The notes under the pieces are model-generated. The model worked only from the letters and a program-made list of their open reading frames with translations. It did not search any database and had not been told where the DNA came from. Below are positions 6,384 through 12,141 of a stretch of 12,141 nucleotides of DNA, piece by piece. The translations under genes were made by a program, and so were the position numbers. Position 1 is the first letter of the stretch. Each line of letters begins with the position of its first letter. This DNA comes from Patescibacteria group bacterium (GTDB taxonomy: Bacteria; Patescibacteriota; Patescibacteriia; JAZDEU01), in assembly GCA_042568285.1 (NCBI GenBank), contig JBHPIX010000027.1, positions 1 through 12,141 on the forward strand, given 5' to 3'.

Positions 6384-7901
6384 TCATTCTTTCTGCCGAT
6401 ACTGTAACGCCTCCGCGATATGACTTGTTTCTATGCCCTCGCATTCTCCTAAATCAGCGATTGTTCTGGCCAGTTTTAAGATTCTATAATATGATCTTGC
6501 GGAAAGATGCATTTGGGTGACAGCGTTTCTTAATAAATCAATACATTGATCATTTATTTTACAAAATTCTTTTACTTGATTAGGGTTCATTTCAGAATTA
6601 GTAATGATTTTTCGTTCATAAAGTCGTTTTTTCTGTATTTCTCTAGCTTTTTCAACGCGAATTCTAATGTTTTCTGAAGATTCCCCTGATTGTTCAGATG
6701 ACAATTTCTCAAATTTTACACTAGGAACTTCTATGTGCAAATCAATTCTATCTAATAATGGACCTGAAATTTTATTTTTATATTTCATTACTTGCTGTTG
6801 CGAGCATACGCAATGTCTTTCTTGATCACCATAGTATCCACAAGGGCAGGGATTTTGGCTAGCTACTAAAATGAAATTAGCTGGGAAAGTGTGCGTGCCA
6901 TGAACTCTTGAAACAGTGACAACCCCGTCTTCTAATGGTTGTCTTAAATTTTCTAATACTTGGCGCGGAAATTCAGGGAATTCGTCTAAAAATAAAACGC
7001 CTCTATGCGCCAAACTTATCTCTCCAGGTTTTGGTATTTTACCTCCGCCAACTAATGCCACTCCGCTTGAAGTATGATGAGGTGTGCGAAAAGGTCGTTC
7101 TGTCACTAAAGGTTTATTGTTTGGTAATAATCCAGATACAGAATAAATTTTAGTGACTTCCAAAATTTCTTTTTCTTCCATTTTAGGCAATATGCTTGGC
7201 ATTGCGCGGGACAGTAATGTTTTTCCAGATCCGGGAGGGCCTGACATAAGTATATTATGAGCGCCTGCGGACGCGATTTCTAACGCTCGTTTTACATTTT
7301 CTTGCCCTTTAATGTGAGCCATATCTATTTCATAATTTGTGATTTTTGAAATATTATCAAATAGATCTGATTTTGCCGGCGCGATTTTTTCTTCTCCTGA
7401 CAAATGTCGGAGCAACTGTGTTAAATCTTTTACTGGAATTATATCTATGCCTTTAATTAGGGATGCTTCTGGCGCGTTAATAGCTGGCAGGTAAAGTTTT
7501 TTAAATCCGTTTTCTTTACCATATATCGCAATTGGAAGGATTCCGTTTGTGTGTCTCAATTTTCCTTCTAATGATAATTCGCCTACAAATAAGCTGTCGT
7601 CAGTGTTAATCTCAAAATTTGCCGTAGATAAAATGATGCCAACTGTCATTGGCAAATCATAAGAGGGACCTTCTTTTCTTATATCAGCTGGAGCGAGGTT
7701 GATGACTAATCTTTTTGTAGTAGGAAAAGGGAATTCAATATTTTTTAAAGCTGAATAAATTCTTACCCTTGATTCTTGTATAGAAGTATCAGGCAATCCC
7801 ACAATGTTAAATTGCGATTGTCCCATAGATATATCAACTTCTACTTCCACTGGTTTGCATTCTAATCCAAGCACAGCGCAGGAATGTATTTTTTTTACCA
7901 T
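6384..7901 (-). CDS. comM: YifB/ComM-family Mg-chelatase-like AAA+ ATPase (competence protein ComM homologue), about 505 aa
   Basis: Lon-protease-like N-domain (CAVLGLECKPVEVEVDISMGQSQFNIVGLPDTSIQESRVRI). Walker A MSGPPGSGKT and Walker B VLFLDEFPEF. ChlI-like C-terminal domain. The ORF-track start at 7922 is a TTG, and the ATG at 7901 (MVKKIHS...) is the likely start. Confidence 0.9.
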   Translation of the reverse strand: MVKKIHSCAVLGLECKPVEVEVDISMGQSQFNIVGLPDTSIQESRVRIYSALKNIEFPFPTTKRLVINLAPADIRKEGPSYDLPMTVGIILSTANFEINTDDSLFVGELSLEGKLRHTNGILPIAIYGKENGFKKLYLPAINAPEASLIKGIDIIPVKDLTQLLRHLSGEEKIAPAKSDLFDNISKITNYEIDMAHIKGQENVKRALEIASAGAHNILMSGPPGSGKTLLSRAMPSILPKMEEKEILEVTKIYSVSGLLPNNKPLVTERPFRTPHHTSSGVALVGGGKIPKPGEISLAHRGVLFLDEFPEFPRQVLENLRQPLEDGVVTVSRVHGTHTFPANFILVASQNPCPCGYYGDQERHCVCSQQQVMKYKNKISGPLLDRIDLHIEVPSVKFEKLSSEQSGESSENIRIRVEKAREIQKKRLYERKIITNSEMNPNQVKEFCKINDQCIDLLRNAVTQMHLSARSYYRILKLARTIADLGECEGIETSHIAEALQYRQKE

Positions 7902-7959
7902 AGTATATTTAGTATAACACAAATTGAATTATATTTCTTAGTATGTTAATGTTATATAT

Positions 7960-8367
7960 ATGAATAATAAAAAATTACATATAGTAGCGATTACAGCTAT
8001 CATAAAACATAATGGTAAATGTTTAATTATTAAAAGAGGCGAAAATGAAATCGCATTTCCTGGAAAATGGACATTGCCGGGCGGTAAAGTGGAGGATAAA
8101 TCCAGCGCCATTGAAACTCTGAAAAGAGAAACATTAGAAGAGGTTGGACTGCAAGTTGATAAAATATCTTTTTTATCTGATTTTGAATTTACCCGTCCTG
8201 ATGAATTACATGTCGTTGGTTTATCATTCCTTTGCTCTGTTAAAGAAATAAATGTTACATTAGAAGACGGACTTTCTGATTATGCTTGGATTGAGGCAGA
8301 AGATTTGGATAAATATGATTTAATAGATGGCGTTAAAAAAGATTTAAGATTAGCGTTTATAAAATAA
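7960..8367 (+). CDS. NUDIX hydrolase, 135 aa
   Basis: Nudix-box-like GGKVEDKSSAIETLKRETLEEVGL with the REx2EExGU core intact. The first Glu of the box is replaced by Ser. Divergently arranged from comM with a 58-bp shared promoter region. Confidence 0.75.
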   Translation: MNNKKLHIVAITAIIKHNGKCLIIKRGENEIAFPGKWTLPGGKVEDKSSAIETLKRETLEEVGLQVDKISFLSDFEFTRPDELHVVGLSFLCSVKEINVTLEDGLSDYAWIEAEDLDKYDLIDGVKKDLRLAFIK

Positions 8368-8396
8368 TTGCAAATCTTTATATTTTGTTATATAAT
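8368..8396 (+). promoter_or_regulatory. Near-consensus sigma70-type promoter TTGCAA-17-TATAAT
   Basis: TTGCAA at 8368-8373 begins immediately after the NUDIX stop codon. A 17-nt spacer is followed by TATAAT at 8391-8396. The predicted TSS near 8403 would read into a structured region ending in a T8 tract. Confidence 0.5.
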
Positions 8397-8402
8397 AATA
8401 AC

Positions 8403-8612
8403 AGTTCATTTTGGAAAATAAGAAATGGCGGATAAACTACTAATATAGATGGGGTGTGAAAGAGTGTCCTATGTTAGAAACATTGTTTATCCGCCTACCC
8501 TTTTCAGACAGTTTCTAAGATCAAAGAAAAACGGCCTATATTTATCTATTATGAAAATGCAGTCATTAATTAATAGACAGTCTTTAAACCTTTTTCTTTG
8601 ATCTTTTTTTTG
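8403..8612 (+). ncRNA. Candidate small structured RNA of about 210 nt. A 50-aa small-protein gene at 8449-8601 is the alternative reading. Unknown family.
   Basis: Bounded by the consensus promoter at 8368-8396 and a stem plus T8 tract. Contains a perfect 11-bp inverted repeat GGCGGATAAAC/GTTTATCCGCC (8427-8437 / 8485-8495) and a perfect 15-bp inverted repeat AAGATCAAAGAAAAA/TTTTTCTTTGATCTT (8517-8531 / 8591-8605). No match recognised to tRNA, SRP RNA, RNase P RNA, tmRNA or 6S RNA. Confidence 0.3.
8517..8612 (+). terminator. Long hairpin (15-bp perfect stem, structured 59-nt loop) followed by T8. Candidate intrinsic terminator.
   Basis: Stem 8517-8531 / 8591-8605, then TTTTTTTG (8605-8612). 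The loop holds an internal 7-bp stem TCTATTA/TAATAGA. The main stem is AT-rich and therefore weak. Confidence 0.4.
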
Positions 8613-8652
8613 TTTGCCAAATAGCTAAAAAGTGCTATAATAAAATTATAGG

Positions 8653-8680
8653 TTGACATTTTATTAAAAATCTATATAAT
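8653..8680 (+). promoter_or_regulatory. Consensus sigma70-type promoter TTGACA-16-TATAAT, giving a near-leaderless transcript for the zinc-ribbon gene
   Basis: TTGACA at 8653-8658, TATAAT at 8675-8680, and the ATG at 8693 only 12 nt past the -10. No Shine-Dalgarno is present. Confidence 0.55.
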
Positions 8681-8692
8681 AAGATAATACTT

Positions 8693-9049
8693 ATGGAAGA
8701 ATTCCCTAAATTTAAAAATATAAATAATCGCCATCTTGGCATAGTTTCACAGTGTCCGTTATGCGCGGCGAAAGTTTCTGATGTGAAAGTTATTGATGAG
8801 ATAAATAACAGTTTTTTAATGCATAGTAAGTGTCCCAAATGTGGTAACGCTATTTTACTAATAGCAACATTAAATGAATTGGGCGCTAATATTATAGGAA
8901 TAAATACTGATTTATCAGTTGAAGAGTTTGTTAAATTTAGAAATAGTGAGAATTTTATTGAAATTGATGATGTGTTGGAGTATTATCAAAATCAGAATTT
9001 ACAAAATAAAAATTTATTAAAGGAGGTAATGCAGATAGTTAAACTTTGA
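8693..9049 (+). CDS. Hypothetical zinc-ribbon protein (CPLC-x21-CPKCGN), 118 aa
   Basis: Two CxxC pairs spaced like a 4-Cys zinc ribbon, then an acidic/helical C-terminal half. No family recognised. Clean ORF with its own consensus promoter. Confidence 0.6.
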   Translation: MEEFPKFKNINNRHLGIVSQCPLCAAKVSDVKVIDEINNSFLMHSKCPKCGNAILLIATLNELGANIIGINTDLSVEEFVKFRNSENFIEIDDVLEYYQNQNLQNKNLLKEVMQIVKL

Positions 9050-9191
9050 CATTTAGTAGAGGTGGTGTTTTAACTGTCATCCCAAGTCTATGCTCGAATT
9101 AGCTTAGTTAGCAATAAAATTGAGATGGCATAGTTTTAAAATACCCCCCCTTAATTCCCCCCCTTATAAAGGCGGGGATCTTAAAGGATAT

Positions 9192-9884
9192 ATGGAAAAA
9201 ATTATATTACCAGTAAAAACTAGAACTTTATTAAAGAAAAAAGCTAAAAAATTACTTAAGCAGGATTTTGTGTTGGGAGTAGTTTATGGACACAAGTTTA
9301 AAAATCAGAATATTAAAATTAAGCTTAATGATTTTAATAATGCGTATAAAATAGCTGGGGAAAGCTCAATAATTGAATTAAAAATTGATGATAAGGATTC
9401 AGTTAACGCAATTATTAAAGATGCTCAGATGGATGTAACAGGTAGTCGTTTTATTCATGTTGACTTGCATCAAGTTAATATGAAAGAAAAATTATCTGCT
9501 GAAATATTATTGACGCTTGTAGGAGAATCTAGGGCTGTGAAAGCATTGGGCGCTACTTTATTGAAAAATATGGATTCTATATCAGTAGAATGTCTTCCTG
9601 ATGATTTGGTTCATGAAATAGAAGTAGATATATCTTCATTAGAAGAGTTTGATTCAAAAATTTCTGTTGGCGATTTAGTTATACCTAAAGGAATTAAAGT
9701 TTTAAATAATGATGATGAAATGATCGTTATGGCAGAGACGCCTAGGATTGTAGAAGAAGATAAGCCTGTAGTTGAAGAAGCGAAGACTGAAGATGAAAAA
9801 GAAGTGGAGGGAGGAGATAAAAAAGAGGATGGCGATAAAAAAGAAGATGATAAAGAAGATAAGAAAGAAGATAAAAAAAAGTAA
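9192..9884 (+). CDS. rplY: 50S ribosomal protein bL25 (general stress protein Ctc form) with a K/E/D-rich low-complexity C-terminal tail, 230 aa
   Basis: Clear bL25 core (LPVKTRTLLKKKAKKLLKQDFVLGVVYG...DVTGSRFIHVDLHQV...SISVECLPDDLVHEIEVDIS). AAAGGA Shine-Dalgarno before the ATG at 9192. The ORF-track start at 9120 is a TTG inside a C-rich noncoding tract. The tail is EEAKTEDEKEVEGGDKKEDGDKKEDDKEDKKEDKKK. Confidence 0.85.
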   Translation: MEKIILPVKTRTLLKKKAKKLLKQDFVLGVVYGHKFKNQNIKIKLNDFNNAYKIAGESSIIELKIDDKDSVNAIIKDAQMDVTGSRFIHVDLHQVNMKEKLSAEILLTLVGESRAVKALGATLLKNMDSISVECLPDDLVHEIEVDISSLEEFDSKISVGDLVIPKGIKVLNNDDEMIVMAETPRIVEEDKPVVEEAKTEDEKEVEGGDKKEDGDKKEDDKEDKKEDKKK

Positions 9885-9917
9885 AGTTGGCAGAATTTTA
9901 GGTGACAGTCACCGTTA

Positions 9918-10805
9918 TCAATGTATAGCTTTTATAATAACCAACCGATTAAGTCCAGCGAGATCTTTTTTTATTTCAATTTCTGGAGAAGTAAAATGTT
10001 TTCGCGCTAAAGCTGTTATAGCTTTTGTCTGCGACGGATCTATCTCGCATAATATTGATAATTCTTGCTTAGGCAGGAATTTTTTTATTTGCGGGAATAA
10101 TTTTTTATAATATTTCAGTCCGTCTTTCCCTGCTATTAGAGCTTGAGGCGATTCATATTTTCGTATCTCTGGTGAAGTATTTTTGTAGATATTATCAGAT
10201 AGGTATGGCAGATTTGCGGTTATAATAATGTTTGATGATTTTTTTAGAACAGTTTTGATTGGTTTTAATAAGTCGCCATGTAGAAATTTTATTTTGTTAG
10301 CTGATATTTTATTTTTTGCAGCATTATATTTTGCTATGTTCAATGCTTTTTTTGAGATGTCAATAGCGAATATTTGTCCGCATATTCGTTTAAGATTTTT
10401 CGCTAAAGAAATAGCTATGCATCCGCTTCCAGTTCCAACATCAATGATTAAAATTTTATTACGTTCACTGGTCTCACTGGCTTTTACGATATTTATTACT
10501 TCTTCAACCATTAGCTCTGTTTCAGGGCGGGGAATTAGCGTGTTTTTATTAACTTTAAATGTTAATCCATAAAATTCTTTTTTTTCTGTAATATATGCGA
10601 CAGGTTCATAGTTTTTTCGCCTTTTTATGTATTTCTGGATCTTTTTTGTCTGTAATTCTGTTAATTCTTTTTCTGGATGCGCGTAAAGATATTCTTTAGG
10701 CTTATTTATAGCATAACTTAATAAAATTTCCGCATCCAAATTTGGCGAGCTGGATATAGTTTTTAACTGGTTTACGGCTTTATTTAGTTGTTTTAGTATG
10801 GTCAT
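9918..10805 (-). CDS. prmC: Release-factor glutamine N5-methyltransferase PrmC (HemK), 295 aa, with NLPY in place of the NPPY motif
   Basis: SAM motif I LIIDVGTGSGCIAISLA. PrmC N-terminal domain (DAEILLSYAI...EPVAYITEKKEFYGLTFKV). Catalytic motif IV reads ITANLPYL. I checked the codons: AAT CTG CCA TAC on the minus strand at 10214-10203. Confidence 0.85.
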   Translation of the reverse strand: MTILKQLNKAVNQLKTISSSPNLDAEILLSYAINKPKEYLYAHPEKELTELQTKKIQKYIKRRKNYEPVAYITEKKEFYGLTFKVNKNTLIPRPETELMVEEVINIVKASETSERNKILIIDVGTGSGCIAISLAKNLKRICGQIFAIDISKKALNIAKYNAAKNKISANKIKFLHGDLLKPIKTVLKKSSNIIITANLPYLSDNIYKNTSPEIRKYESPQALIAGKDGLKYYKKLFPQIKKFLPKQELSILCEIDPSQTKAITALARKHFTSPEIEIKKDLAGLNRLVIIKAIH

Positions 10806-10877
10806 AGTTGCTAATGTAAATTTTTTAATATATACTAATAGTATCAGATAAATTATTTATAGTAAAATATAAAATAT

Positions 10878-12131
10878 ATGAAAATAGACAAAATACAAGC
10901 CTATGAAATTTTGGATTCTAGGGGAACACCTACAGTTGAGGTGGAATTGGTTTCTGGGAAAAATGTCGCATCTGCTTCTGTGCCAAGCGGAGCGTCAACA
11001 GGAACTTATGAAGCGGTTGAGCTCAGGGATGGCGATGAGAATAGGTATAATGGAAAAGGTGTTTTTAAGGCGGTCAAAAATGTAAATGAAATAATCGCTA
11101 AAAAAATTGTTGGCGAAAATATTAGTTCTCAAAAAAAATTAGATAAATTATTAATTGAACTTGATGGCGCAGAAAATAAGAGTAATCTGGGCGCGAATGC
11201 TATTTTAGGAGTGTCATTGGCTTTTGCGAAAGCTATGGCAAAAAAGAAAAACATTGAATTGTATGAATATTTTGGAAGTTTGGATAAAAAGGGGGAAATA
11301 AAATTTAATTTGCCAACGCCATCTTTTAATGTTATCAATGGAGGCAAACATTCTGATTCAGGATTAGATATTCAAGAATTTATGATACAGCCAATTGGAA
11401 TCCCTGATTTTCGCGAGAAAGTTAGAGTTGGAGTAGAAATATATAATATTTTAAAACAGAGTTTAGTTGATAAAGGGGAAGTAATAAGTGTTGGAGATGA
11501 AGGAGGATTTGCTCCTAGATTAAAAAGTAATGAAGATGCTTTTGAATTGTTAGTGAAGGCGATAGAAAAGGCGGGATATTCTTTTGACCAAGTAAAAATT
11601 GGAATAGATGTTGCCGCTAATAGTTTTTATGAGAATGGAAAATATAATAAAATGAATTATAAGGGAGAAAGAGAACTATTAAATACTAAAGAAATGATAG
11701 AATGGTATAGCGGGCTGATAAATAGATATCCAATTCATTTTATTGAAGATGGGTTTGATGAGAATGATTGGAAAGGGTTTATATTGTTTAATGAAAAGTT
11801 TGGAGATAAAATAATTAATGTTGGAGATGATTTATTAGTTACTAATATAAAAAGAGTAAAAATTGCTATTAGAAAAAAAGCCGTAAATGCCGTTGTAATA
11901 AAATTGAATCAAATTGGCACAATCACAGAAACAATAAAAACAATTCAATTAACAAAATCACAGGGATGGACTGCTTGTGTTGCTCATCGTTCTGGAGAAA
12001 CCGAAGATAATTATATCGCAGATTTGGCTGTCGGCTGTAATTGCGAATTTATAAAAGCAGGCGCTCCTTGTCGATCTGAACGGACGGCAAAATATAATCG
12101 GTTGATGAAAATCGCGGAGGGGTTGGTGTAA
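10878..12131 (+). CDS. eno: Enolase (phosphopyruvate hydratase), 417 aa
   Basis: Full-length, with hallmark segments YEILDSRGTPTVEVEL, SVPSGASTGTYEAVELRDGD, VVIKLNQIGTITET and HRSGETEDNYIADLAV. Confidence 0.95.
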   Translation: MKIDKIQAYEILDSRGTPTVEVELVSGKNVASASVPSGASTGTYEAVELRDGDENRYNGKGVFKAVKNVNEIIAKKIVGENISSQKKLDKLLIELDGAENKSNLGANAILGVSLAFAKAMAKKKNIELYEYFGSLDKKGEIKFNLPTPSFNVINGGKHSDSGLDIQEFMIQPIGIPDFREKVRVGVEIYNILKQSLVDKGEVISVGDEGGFAPRLKSNEDAFELLVKAIEKAGYSFDQVKIGIDVAANSFYENGKYNKMNYKGERELLNTKEMIEWYSGLINRYPIHFIEDGFDENDWKGFILFNEKFGDKIINVGDDLLVTNIKRVKIAIRKKAVNAVVIKLNQIGTITETIKTIQLTKSQGWTACVAHRSGETEDNYIADLAVGCNCEFIKAGAPCRSERTAKYNRLMKIAEGLV

Positions 12132-12141
12132 ATGCTTTTGC

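Noticed and set aside
5346-7153. Plus-strand ORFs 5346-5567 and 6935-7153
   Set aside because: They are antisense to the wHTH-GHKL gene and to comM respectively, with no independent support.
7902-7959. TAGTATA / TAGTATA / TAGTATG triple repeat in the comM-NUDIX divergent promoter region
   Set aside because: These are short AT-rich heptamers that arise easily by chance in roughly 25% GC intergenic DNA and probably just reflect overlapping -10-like elements. I note them without calling a feature.
8635-8838. 67-aa minus-strand ORF
   Set aside because: It overlaps the consensus promoter and the 5' half of the zinc-ribbon gene on the opposite strand.
2694-9083. Exact 12-mer AACTGTCATCCC shared between the 2696 palindrome flank (2694-2705) and the rplY upstream region (9072-9083)
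   Set aside because: One 12-mer match among roughly 1e8 position pairs in a 12-kb window is within chance expectation. No extended similarity surrounds it.
9885-9917. GGTGA-CAG-TCACC mini-hairpin between convergent rplY and prmC
   Set aside because: A 5-bp stem without a flanking T/A tract is too weak to call a terminator with any confidence.
9772-10110. 112-aa plus-strand Lys/Arg-rich ORF
   Set aside because: It is a frame-shifted reading of the bL25 GAT/AAA/GAA repeat tail that runs on antisense into prmC. It is an artefact of the repeat composition.
10228-11347. ORFs 10228-10572 (+), 10903-11085 (+) and 11129-11347 (-)
   Set aside because: They are antisense to, or out of frame within, prmC and eno, both of which are full-length and well conserved.

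Overview
This is an AT-rich (about 30% GC by eye), densely packed bacterial chromosomal segment. Gene content is 13 protein-coding genes and no rRNA or tRNA. The organism is probably a small-genome lineage, possibly CPR/Patescibacteria-like. That placement is an inference from the lysine/isoleucine-rich proteins, frequent weak Shine-Dalgarno sites and the bL25 tail; it is not established. I found no mobile element or CRISPR.

The plus-strand genes are a NUDIX hydrolase, a LysM-M23 peptidoglycan endopeptidase and a 62-aa lysine-rich protein. On the minus strand are a MazG-like NTP pyrophosphohydrolase and a four-gene block: ComM/YifB AAA+ ATPase, a three-domain wHTH-GHKL-ATPase-STAS-like(DUF4325-like) protein, an SPFH/prohibitin protein, and an HI0933/BaiN-family flavoprotein whose ATG lies 1 nt from the prohibitin stop. 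Back on the plus strand are a second NUDIX hydrolase, a CxxC...CxxC zinc-ribbon protein and ribosomal protein bL25 with a K/E/D-rich tail. PrmC follows on the minus strand and enolase on the plus strand.

Four things are worth a second look:
1. The wHTH-GHKL-STAS-like gene reads as a single-chain partner-switch-like protein. Immediately upstream sits an array of four TTGTAAA-core repeats at an exact 22-bp period, abutted by a C8 homopolymer.
2. Between the second NUDIX gene and the zinc-ribbon gene is a promoter-to-terminator unit of about 200 nt. It has a near-consensus TTGCAA-17-TATAAT promoter, two perfect inverted repeats and a T8 tract. This could be a small structured RNA or a 50-aa peptide gene.
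3. An 83-nt GC-rich nested twin-hairpin palindrome at 2696-2778 is followed on the minus strand by a T-tract. It probably terminates the minus-strand operon, and it places the MazG start at 2644.
4. A GC-rich 130-bp island after the M23 peptidase gene carries a duplicated 17-mer and a C/G palindrome.

Gene-level oddities: PrmC carries NLPY in place of the conserved NPPY motif. Three nucleotide-pyrophosphatase genes (two NUDIX, one MazG) fall within 8.4 kb. The ORF track uses alternative starts, so several ORF N-termini (comM, rplY, mazG) are over-extended and I have trimmed them.
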